The translations under genes and the position numbers were made by a program. Positions 1 to 8,491 of a stretch of 61,388 nucleotides of DNA are shown here, one piece after another. The stretch is from the IMG/VR virus record IMGVR_UViG_3300020042_009157, positions 1 through 61,388 of that record, one strand, 5' to 3'. A model generated the notes under the pieces. The model was not told the DNA's origin and did not search any database. It saw only the letters and a list, made by a program, of their open reading frames with translations. The DNA comes from a virus. Its lineage: Duplodnaviria > Caudoviricetes. Within the stretch, counting starts at the first letter, position 1; each line of letters starts with the position of its first letter.

Positions 1-42
1 TCTTTAACCAGAATAATCTTTGAAATATGGATTAGTTGCCAT
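1..42 (-). CDS. gp14: Neck protein gp14, 5' fragment at window edge
   Basis: Reads MATNPYFKDYSG directly downstream of gp13, matching the usual gp14 start and gene order. Bases 4-6 give TAA, probably an end artefact (see rejected). Confidence 0.55.
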
Positions 43-43
43 T

Positions 44-844
44 TTAACCTGTCATAAAGTTTACTGGTAATTCGTATTCGTTTTGCATTTGTTGTTCAAT
101 TGCTGCTATTTCGTTAATAGCTTCCAGATAAATTTGTCCACCGCGCATCACCACACCACCAGGCAATGCCACACCATCAAATTTAGCCATATTTGCACCC
201 CATTGACGCTTGATTAAAGCAGTCAAATATCGTTTAAGGTAACGATCATTGAACATCTCGGTGTATTTTTCTGGATTAAGTGCGGCGTAAGCCCAGATAC
301 AAATAAAGTCACCAACTTTTGTTTCTTGCCCCCAATTCATTTCTAAGTACAATCTGTTGGTTACCTTACTGAATACTACAGTTTTTTCTGGTTGAAACAT
401 GTCTTGGATCAACTGAATATACCGTTTTGTTGAGTCGTATGAAGCAAGACCCATAGAGTTTACACCACTAAGATTTCTGTTAATACCAAAGTAGTCGGTT
501 AGTGCTAGTTGGTATCGCACATCAAACATGTTGATATTGGTAAATGGACCAAATTGCATTACCTTAATTATAGAAACAATTTCTTTTCCAGTAGGTCCGT
601 CTATTTCGTTTGGAGAAAGGATGTCTTCGGTATTGATGTATCGATTATTAATATCGGTTTGAGTTAATTGATATTTAAAAAATACTTTCTCAACACCATC
701 AAAATGGCGTTCAGTAAAGTATTGTAAAGCATCATCCAGACGATCTTCTGCTTGTTCCCAATCTACGTTTATATCAATAACCGGTGATCCTAATTGTCTA
801 TAAGCGTATTCGATTATGGTTTGTCTTGAATTTGGTGCTGCCAT
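44..844 (-). CDS. gp13: T4-like neck protein gp13
   Basis: LGSPVIDINV..EDRLDDALQYF..HFDG and LIKRQWGANMAKFDGVALPGGV motifs typical of gp13; AAGGAAG RBS. Confidence 0.93.
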   Translation of the reverse strand: MAAPNSRQTIIEYAYRQLGSPVIDINVDWEQAEDRLDDALQYFTERHFDGVEKVFFKYQLTQTDINNRYINTEDILSPNEIDGPTGKEIVSIIKVMQFGPFTNINMFDVRYQLALTDYFGINRNLSGVNSMGLASYDSTKRYIQLIQDMFQPEKTVVFSKVTNRLYLEMNWGQETKVGDFICIWAYAALNPEKYTEMFNDRYLKRYLTALIKRQWGANMAKFDGVALPGGVVMRGGQIYLEAINEIAAIEQQMQNEYELPVNFMTG

Positions 845-860
845 TGTACTTCCTTAAAAG

Positions 861-868
861 TATTTATG
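861..868 (-). promoter_or_regulatory. T4-like late promoter (CATAAATA)
   Basis: One mismatch to TATAAATA, just upstream of gp13. Confidence 0.6.
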
Positions 869-880
869 GCAAATTGAAAT

Positions 881-1414
881 TTAAGACTGGGGAGTTGGTG
901 GCGGTTCTTGCTTGTTTTCTGGAAGAGTTACCGGAATGCCCGCAACTTGATTATAATCAATATTTTCAATATAATACCGTCTCGTGATTGGTTCATCGGC
1001 CTCATTTGGCTTGCTTGGTTGATAGTTGGTAAATCCAGGCATATTTAAAGGACAGTTTAGTTTTGGATAATCTAATTTACTGTACTCTTCGCCGTTAGAA
1101 GTCAACCAAGTCATTGGTTTATCGCCACAACCACAACCACCACAGAAGTGCTTTCCGGGAGTAGTGCTTTCTTTTAGGTGCTCACATGGAGGTAATTCAC
1201 CACCTAAATGTTTATTCCCAAAACAACTAAGTACTCTTAATTGCTTGGTTGCTTTATTTACTTTATGACCAGCAAGTCCTCGGGAAGTTAAAGCAGTAGC
1301 AAAACTTTGAATCATGCCCATTTTTTGGGACAAAATAGTTTTAGCTTGTTCTGGATTTCCTTCTTGACGAAACTCAGGATTATTTTGTTTATTTTTATTG
1401 CATCCACATCCCAT
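881..1414 (-). CDS. Cys-rich hypothetical protein, possibly metal-binding
   Basis: MGCGC start; CFG..PPCEH..FCGGCGCG..LNCP; in operon orientation. Confidence 0.75.
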   Translation of the reverse strand: MGCGCNKNKQNNPEFRQEGNPEQAKTILSQKMGMIQSFATALTSRGLAGHKVNKATKQLRVLSCFGNKHLGGELPPCEHLKESTTPGKHFCGGCGCGDKPMTWLTSNGEEYSKLDYPKLNCPLNMPGFTNYQPSKPNEADEPITRRYYIENIDYNQVAGIPVTLPENKQEPPPTPQS

Positions 1415-1438
1415 AATATAAACTCCTATAATTATATA

Positions 1439-2740
1439 TCACGAATCCAAATAAATTCTTCGGAATAATCTTACACCTATGGTCTTTCCTCTATACACCA
1501 TATTTGTTTTTCCGTAATTTTCTTGAGTATTTGCTATTTGAGCAACTACAAAGGTTTTTCCACCAAACTCTTGAACCCCGTTCAAAGAAAATACGGTGGA
1601 AGTCATGTACTGTTCTTTGGTTAAACCAAAGAAACCAAAGGTTTCATAACCAAAAGAAATATTTTTAAAATATAGTGCTAATTCGTCTTGACTTGGAAGA
1701 TACCAGTCAGAGAAACCATTGATCTTATACTGTTTAATCTGAGACAACAGTGTATTATTTTCAGATATTGTTGTGTTATAAGTGTTGTATAAACCATCGT
1801 AACTTGATGTTGTTAGTGTACTGGTTGGTTCGTTTTCCACGTTGTACGGAAAATCTGTAAAGTCTGATACACTTGCAATCAATATCCAAGACTTTTCTTT
1901 AGTTCCTGGGCTGTTACCTCTTGCAGTATAGTTTCCAGCAGTTCCAGTTATTCTGTTACCGTATACAGTACTGCCCGTTGAATTTATTGGAGATCCTGGT
2001 CGGAATACACCAACATATAAACCACCTTGATATAATGATCCTATTGCAGGTAAAGTTTCTATAGGATTTGTGGAGGAAGTTATTCTGGTTAAAGAAGCTC
2101 TGGCTGGTGTTTCTGCTCCACTTAAACCTGCAAAATAAACACCAGAACACGGATTGAGATCCAAGCAAGATTGAATAATTCTATTAGGAGCCGACCAATA
2201 ACCAAAACAATTTTTCTTGGATTTTATTGAACAATCAATAGTTCCATCACTGTTTTGTGTGCAGCAATTTCCTACCGAATTATTTGAGTTATAGCAATTA
2301 GTGTAGTCGTCAGGATTGCAATTATCGGATACATCACTAGCAGAAATATTAACAGAATTGCATTGTATATTACCACCATCAAAAATGCAAGTTTCTCCAG
2401 AATAGAAAGAATAACCTAAATTTTCTGCAGCTCCTTGATTGGCATTAATACACTCTAATTGTGAGTTTACTGCAGTGCATCCTTGAGTGTATAAACCGTT
2501 GGTTTTGGTCCAATAACAGCAAGCACCTGGTAGTTCACCAACCAAAGGACCAATACAAGGTCCTGCTGATGGGCAGTCTGTCCCGTTAAAAGCTCCAGAT
2601 ATAAAATGTCCGTTTGCTGCATCACATACAGCTCTTGTGGTAGCTTGGTTCAATCCACAACAGTAACCACTAGACAACGGACCAATTACAGTTGGTGGAT
2701 TGTATTGTCCCGAAATTCTTGATCTGAATTGAATTGACAT
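1439..2740 (-). CDS. Tail-fibre/receptor-binding-like protein, Cys-rich repeats plus C-terminal DUF1566-like (C-type-lectin-fold) domain
   Basis: GACC/GNCC repeats; IGSLYQGG..WYLPSQDEL..YMTST..VRLFRR. Start placed at ATG 2740 (MSIQF), next to the upstream stop. Confidence 0.7.
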   Translation of the reverse strand: MSIQFRSRISGQYNPPTVIGPLSSGYCCGLNQATTRAVCDAANGHFISGAFNGTDCPSAGPCIGPLVGELPGACCYWTKTNGLYTQGCTAVNSQLECINANQGAAENLGYSFYSGETCIFDGGNIQCNSVNISASDVSDNCNPDDYTNCYNSNNSVGNCCTQNSDGTIDCSIKSKKNCFGYWSAPNRIIQSCLDLNPCSGVYFAGLSGAETPARASLTRITSSTNPIETLPAIGSLYQGGLYVGVFRPGSPINSTGSTVYGNRITGTAGNYTARGNSPGTKEKSWILIASVSDFTDFPYNVENEPTSTLTTSSYDGLYNTYNTTISENNTLLSQIKQYKINGFSDWYLPSQDELALYFKNISFGYETFGFFGLTKEQYMTSTVFSLNGVQEFGGKTFVVAQIANTQENYGKTNMVYRGKTIGVRLFRRIYLDS

Positions 2741-2741
2741 G

Positions 2742-5700
2742 TTAACCGTTCGGTAATGAATCACACAGTACTTGTACTTGTGAGCAGTCTAATGATACTA
2801 AAGTGCCGTCTAGTAATTTATTTCTAAATTGAGTTGTTGTTAATAAGTTTGCAGCTAACGAGTAATTATACGCAAAAATACTTGTTACAGTTCTATTTAT
2901 TGGATTTCCTGATAAATCAGTTCCTATTTGTGTTTTTGCGGTTAATTTAAAAACTAATTTATGTATTTTAGTGTCTGTGCCTTTTGACGTATACCAAGTT
3001 GGTGAGTCTAATTCAAGAAAATTAAATGTAAATCCTAGTGGATTACGTAATGGATCGGTAGCATACTCTATTCCATCTATTTTTTCATATTTTACATCAT
3101 TTAAAGCTGTTGATAACAACCAAACTTCTGCGGTAAACTCGGTGACAACACCAAATTCACCCGTATTACTGTTTCTAATTTGTTCTAGTCTTGGGAATAT
3201 ATTGACAAAGAATCCACCACCAGCATTAGGACCTGATGATACTTTAGGAAGCATGGTTCCGTATTCCATAGATCCATCGTTATTAAAAACAGCGTCCACA
3301 GAAATAGTAGGAACCTCTTGTAATGCTCCAGCAGTTGCTGGAATATGTGCGTTTACTACTATTCCGGCAGGTTCTACTCCATCGCCTTGATCTTCAATTG
3401 CAAAAGGAGTAGTATAATCTGGTTGTATTGGAGATTCAACTCCTGTTGTAAATGTAATTCTGTTTATAGGTTGATCAAATCCCGTTGTATCTCTATAAGT
3501 AGAATTATAACCTATATCCAAGACTGCTGAATCATTGGTTGGTGTCCGTTCACCGGTTGTTGAATTCACACTATAACTGTTAACATAAAAATTTAATTGA
3601 TTTAATGGTGTATTTGGTACTATTTCTAAGTCTAAACTTTGACCAAACAAATTTACAGGAACTGGTTGATTTAATACGTCATCGCAGAAACAATTGTTGT
3701 ATGTGCCGTACTGTCCAAACAACAAACAACTGTTTGGTGGGTAACAAGACAAATCTTTTGTAACATCACAGTGTCTTCCATTAAACATGGTTGCCATAAA
3801 TTTATAGAATAACTGTTGTCTATCACCAGGTAAAGTGTATTTTGGTTCTCGGCAGTTAAACCAAATGTATTTCCACCATCCAGATTCCCACGGAATAGGT
3901 GTTGCACCTACGCCTTTTGCAGTTTGTTCCCATTGTGCATTTGGCTGAATACATGTGTCAGCAATATCATATCTTAAATTATATTTGTCTTTACCACCTA
4001 CTGTTGTTTTTATTAAATCTTGTTCTTGTAATTCACCAAGCAGATATAAAGACCAGTTTGGACACGGATAACCAGTAAGTATACCAGGCTGACCTTCCAC
4101 TTCTCTGCACGTACAATTTGTTGCATCTCCCCAAGTTTTATTTTTTAGATAATAGGAAGATGAACCAATTGGAGTGTCTCTACTAAACAAATTATCAGAA
4201 CAGGACAGAGTTGTGTCTATACTGTTGTCATTATTATTAATAACTAATCGTGATACGTTTAAATAATAACTTGCCATAGCGTATTCTGCGGTAAATCCAG
4301 CAGCACATTCTAAACAAAGACCACGGTAACAGCCATCTGGTTGCCCACACGCAGAAGCTTTTTCTATAGAAGCACTAAATTTATTTAACCATAGCAAATA
4401 TCTTACAGTTTTTCCTGCGGGAGCATTAAATCCTAAATTTAAAATTTCTCCACCATTTTGTAGTGCACCAAATATTATTTGTCCGTCACAGCACCCCAAC
4501 TCGCTAGCATTTAATGTTAATTTTTTACCTTCTTTCGCTGGATTAAATGCCATCTTTTTACCGTCAGTATCAGTTTGGGCTAGGATAATATCCTGTAAGG
4601 TGTTTAAAATTTCTTTTTGTTTGGTTTCATCAATTCCGCGAACTCCGATAGCTGCGGGTGCATCGTGAAATTGTACTTGTGAAAAATAAGGATCTAACAC
4701 AAATCCTGGGCAAGTTCCTATACTTTGAAATACTTTTGGGCATCCTTTACAAGAATGTATTGCAGCATTTCTTTGTGTGTAACAGCCTTCTGCTGCTGGT
4801 GATTCTATATTTTTAATTTCATCCCAATAACTCCATAAAACTACGCCAGCATTTTCTACAGGCAGTGGACGGTTTTCTTCCCAAATACCATCACCGGCTT
4901 CTAAATGGGTAGTAAAATCGTCTTCAATTCCGAAGTCAGTTCTTGTCGGTTTTCCTGTTATAAAACATTCGTAAACATCTTTTATTTCACCGTAATTTAT
5001 ACAATCAATTTCGACATCCCAACCACAAGATCCGTTCTTAGACACACAAAAATTAACAGAACCTTGTTGTGTTTTTACTGGAGGATAATCTATAGTTGTA
5101 TTTGTAAGTATAGCACGTGTACAATCCATACACATTCTGTTTATTGTGAACTTTGATTGTACTTTAAATGTTTGTGGTCCAGGACCAGCAGGGCATGATT
5201 GACATCCTTCCACTGGTACTGGAGGAGTATTTACCACGTAAACGTTTAAATTGTTAGAAACTTTAATGTTTAATAAATTATCTAACATATTTACTGGTAT
5301 TATATTTTTTATACCAGTTTTGCGACCAAACTGATCGTATGGTGTGCTTACAGTGACAAGCACCTCTGAGTTGTTTGGTAACAGAGTACCGGTGTATGGA
5401 GTGCTGTTGTGTGTTTGTGTTAATGTAAACACATGACCTGATGTGTTTGTGTACGTGCTTGGCAGTTGTACTCGGGCACCGTTTGGGTCGTCTGTGGTTA
5501 AAACTATTTTAAATTGGTTTGTATAAGATGGAGTACCGTCAGGAAGAATCAGATCGGTCAGCGCAGAACCATCAGTATTTAATATACTGATATTGTAATT
5601 GTACACTGGAATCACGCAAGGAGGTACAGGGTCTGAACAGTGTTTGGTGCCATCCCAGGTTCCTGTGCACGCTGCTTGTGCTACTTCAGTGCAAGTACCG

Positions 5701-7361
5701 TCAGGTTGACAACACGCACCAGTTGGTGGCGGCGGATTGCTGCAATTTACTTGAGTACATGTTTGATTTAAGTAAAATTGAGTGGTTGCTCCGTTTATTG
5801 CTTTACTGTCACATGAAGTCTGTGTTTCGTTAGAAGTGCAAGTTTTAATACCGTCAGTAGCAGTAACACAACAAGCTCCTGGGGTGCAATCAGAAGTGGT
5901 GCATGTGGTATTTGCGGTCCACACAAAACCTGATCCCAAGGCAGTACAGGCAGCTTGCGTAACATTATTTTGTATGGTACAAGTGTCTCTATTAATACAG
6001 CAACCTAAAATTGGAGCACAATTACCTTGAACAGTGGGATCTGAGCATGTTTTACCATTATTCCAAGTTCCTATGCAGTTTGCTTGCTCCACACCGTCTG
6101 TACAAGTTCCTGCATTACAACAAGCTCCAGTAGGTGGAGGATCACCACATGCAGTACACGGAGTTGTTGTAAATACTCCACCTATAGAATTACATTCTGG
6201 TTCGCGTGAATCAGGAATACAATTACCTTCACTGCAGCAGTATCCGATATTACCACAACTTTGAAAACAAGTTGCTAATGGTGTAAAAACTCCTTCACTA
6301 TTAGTAGTCGCATCACAAAGTGCACGTGTAACATTATCAATACATAAACCCTGATCAGCCAAACAACACGATCCTACCGAATCACTATAAAATGGTCCCG
6401 CAAACCCCATACCACGATCAACAAATGCGGCATTAAAAGTAAGTCCACCATTTTCACTCCACATATGAACAATATTTATTCCGTCTAAAAATCCGTATTT
6501 TCCTATACCCCTATCGGTATTTTCAAAATACACGTTTGAAGGAAGATTCCAAACGTCTGTTCCTTGTATAAACAGCGTGTATGATTGTAAAACAGAACTG
6601 TCGGCAGTTGTTGTGAATGCTGTTATTCCGATTGGTGTTGTTATATTATAAACAGAATATTTATCCAGATTAATTGTCCAACCACCAGAATCGCATGCGG
6701 TATGTATATCGTCTGTTGTTCTTATCTCTCCTCTACCAAGTATACGCGTGAAAAGATAGGGTTCTACAAATTCTGAATAAACTTTAATAGAACTTCCGGT
6801 TGCACCGTTGTCTGCTGTCAAACCAAACGACAAAACAGAATTAGAACCAGTAACACCTATTTTAGTTGTTGTTGCCAATACAGAATCAGAAGTGTACGCA
6901 ATAAAATTTGCTGCAGTACTTCCGTATGTGGCAATATCAGTAATTGGTGATACAGTCAATAAAATTTCATAACCATCAGGACTTAAACTGGCTTGTATAT
7001 TACCACCACCACAAATACCATGAAAAACAAAATTGGTTCCCGCATCTACGTAGAAAAATGCGTTTTTAAAAGTCGCACCAGATATTAAGTTATTTCCTCT
7101 AGAATCCGAATAACTTCCGGCTGGACCGGTAAATCCATATAAAGGACCTAATATGGTACCGTTAGATAGTTCAAATGTTATTCCACTTGAAACCAGATCA
7201 GAAACTACATTGGCAATCCAAATACCAGTAGCACCTGTAGGACCTGCAGTCAGTCCAATTGCTCCACGCAATCCGGCTGGACCAACAGATCCTGTTGGGC
7301 CTGTTGGACCTGTTCGACCAATCAAATTTCCTATTGTGCTGTTTCCTATAATTGAAGGCAT
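2742..7361 (-). CDS. Large tail-fibre-like protein (short collagen-like segment, GACC Cys-rich repeats)
   Basis: N-terminal GPTGPTG, about six G[ASYC]CC..C repeats, 1539 aa, late promoter upstream. Confidence 0.72.
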   Translation of the reverse strand: MPSIIGNSTIGNLIGRTGPTGPTGSVGPAGLRGAIGLTAGPTGATGIWIANVVSDLVSSGITFELSNGTILGPLYGFTGPAGSYSDSRGNNLISGATFKNAFFYVDAGTNFVFHGICGGGNIQASLSPDGYEILLTVSPITDIATYGSTAANFIAYTSDSVLATTTKIGVTGSNSVLSFGLTADNGATGSSIKVYSEFVEPYLFTRILGRGEIRTTDDIHTACDSGGWTINLDKYSVYNITTPIGITAFTTTADSSVLQSYTLFIQGTDVWNLPSNVYFENTDRGIGKYGFLDGINIVHMWSENGGLTFNAAFVDRGMGFAGPFYSDSVGSCCLADQGLCIDNVTRALCDATTNSEGVFTPLATCFQSCGNIGYCCSEGNCIPDSREPECNSIGGVFTTTPCTACGDPPPTGACCNAGTCTDGVEQANCIGTWNNGKTCSDPTVQGNCAPILGCCINRDTCTIQNNVTQAACTALGSGFVWTANTTCTTSDCTPGACCVTATDGIKTCTSNETQTSCDSKAINGATTQFYLNQTCTQVNCSNPPPPTGACCQPDGTCTEVAQAACTGTWDGTKHCSDPVPPCVIPVYNYNISILNTDGSALTDLILPDGTPSYTNQFKIVLTTDDPNGARVQLPSTYTNTSGHVFTLTQTHNSTPYTGTLLPNNSEVLVTVSTPYDQFGRKTGIKNIIPVNMLDNLLNIKVSNNLNVYVVNTPPVPVEGCQSCPAGPGPQTFKVQSKFTINRMCMDCTRAILTNTTIDYPPVKTQQGSVNFCVSKNGSCGWDVEIDCINYGEIKDVYECFITGKPTRTDFGIEDDFTTHLEAGDGIWEENRPLPVENAGVVLWSYWDEIKNIESPAAEGCYTQRNAAIHSCKGCPKVFQSIGTCPGFVLDPYFSQVQFHDAPAAIGVRGIDETKQKEILNTLQDIILAQTDTDGKKMAFNPAKEGKKLTLNASELGCCDGQIIFGALQNGGEILNLGFNAPAGKTVRYLLWLNKFSASIEKASACGQPDGCYRGLCLECAAGFTAEYAMASYYLNVSRLVINNNDNSIDTTLSCSDNLFSRDTPIGSSSYYLKNKTWGDATNCTCREVEGQPGILTGYPCPNWSLYLLGELQEQDLIKTTVGGKDKYNLRYDIADTCIQPNAQWEQTAKGVGATPIPWESGWWKYIWFNCREPKYTLPGDRQQLFYKFMATMFNGRHCDVTKDLSCYPPNSCLLFGQYGTYNNCFCDDVLNQPVPVNLFGQSLDLEIVPNTPLNQLNFYVNSYSVNSTTGERTPTNDSAVLDIGYNSTYRDTTGFDQPINRITFTTGVESPIQPDYTTPFAIEDQGDGVEPAGIVVNAHIPATAGALQEVPTISVDAVFNNDGSMEYGTMLPKVSSGPNAGGGFFVNIFPRLEQIRNSNTGEFGVVTEFTAEVWLLSTALNDVKYEKIDGIEYATDPLRNPLGFTFNFLELDSPTWYTSKGTDTKIHKLVFKLTAKTQIGTDLSGNPINRTVTSIFAYNYSLAANLLTTTQFRNKLLDGTLVSLDCSQVQVLCDSLPNG

Positions 7362-7370
7362 GGTTTATCT

Positions 7371-7378
7371 TATTTATA
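7371..7378 (-). promoter_or_regulatory. T4-like late promoter TATAAATA
   Basis: Exact consensus about 10 nt upstream of ATG 7361. Confidence 0.75.
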
Positions 7379-7381
7379 TTA

Positions 7382-8491
7382 TTAACAAGGAGGTGGTTGT
7401 GCCGAACAAGATGTAGTTTTATCAAAAACACCACCGTAACGCAAGCAAATTGTACTATTAGTATCTACACACTGTCCGTTTATACAACAAGCACCAAAAT
7501 CATCACAATCTTGTGTTCTTCTTTCATCACAAGTACTAAAAGAAAAACTACCACTTAATTGGTCTGTACAAAAAGACGGTTTAATAAAATCTAAACACGT
7601 TTTGGCACCGTTTGAATTACAGTAACAACACGAACCAAAAAGCTTATTTTGATATGTTGTGGTATTACTGTCATTGAAAATATCAGAAACAATAAAAGTT
7701 ATACCGGTGTCTTGATTTATTCCGGTTACACCTTTATAACTGCTGTGGTAAATTTGTTTGCTGGTCCAAGTATTTCCAGATTTGTAAAAAGAATTAACAG
7801 AAGAATTCCAAGGATTGGTGACTATACCAGTCAATCCAGTTATATTGGTAAGATTTACGTTTGTTATACCTGTGGTGTTTTTAGCTTGTAGAAACGAACC
7901 CAACAAAGCACTTGCTAGATGTGCTGTTGTGGAACCGCTAGTTACGGTTTGATAACGAAATACTCGATTTCCACCTCTATTTAATAAATTATTGGCTGTA
8001 TTTCCTAACGCGTATAAAACTGTTTCATTTAATCCAAAAGAAGCTGAGGTCATTCCTGTAAATAACAGACCACCAGTACCAATAGTTAAACTTAATCCTC
8101 CCTGATAATAATTTGAAGAAACCGCTTTAAAGTAAGCTGTTAAACCAACCACTGGATTATTGCTAACTATGCTAAAAGCATTAGTACCAATTCCAGTAGC
8201 ACCTTTAACGTCATATGGATTAGATGCTACCAAACCAGAAAAATCAGTTGGAGCATTACCAGAAAGACCAATTACTGATATTTTGGTCCCATCAGTTAAA
8301 TGTACGGTTATTCCGTCTGTGTTTATTTTTGTTATAAATGCAACACTAATTCCTGTGGAACCTGTTACTCCATTATTACCACCTGTAGGCCCGAGTGCAC
8401 CAGTTGGACCGGTTGGACCAGTAGCACCAATAAAGGCATTGGATATTGGCATATTGCCAATTGGAATGTTGCTGGATCCTAATCTACTCAT
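7382..8491 (-). CDS. Tail-fibre-like protein
   Basis: GATGPTGPTG N-terminus, C-terminal GSCC/GACC repeats; paralogous layout to its neighbours. Confidence 0.7.
   Translation of the reverse strand: MSRLGSSNIPIGNMPISNAFIGATGPTGPTGALGPTGGNNGVTGSTGISVAFITKINTDGITVHLTDGTKISVIGLSGNAPTDFSGLVASNPYDVKGATGIGTNAFSIVSNNPVVGLTAYFKAVSSNYYQGGLSLTIGTGGLLFTGMTSASFGLNETVLYALGNTANNLLNRGGNRVFRYQTVTSGSTTAHLASALLGSFLQAKNTTGITNVNLTNITGLTGIVTNPWNSSVNSFYKSGNTWTSKQIYHSSYKGVTGINQDTGITFIVSDIFNDSNTTTYQNKLFGSCCYCNSNGAKTCLDFIKPSFCTDQLSGSFSFSTCDERRTQDCDDFGACCINGQCVDTNSTICLRYGGVFDKTTSCSAQPPPC

Noticed and set aside
1-16. In-frame TAA at codon 13 of gp14 (GGT/TAA looks like a group I intron 5' junction)
   Set aside because: Bases 1-16 are the exact reverse complement of 2080-2095 (TTATTCTGGTTAAAGA), the signature of an inverted chimeric contig end. 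Only 6 nt are available, so an intron cannot be supported.
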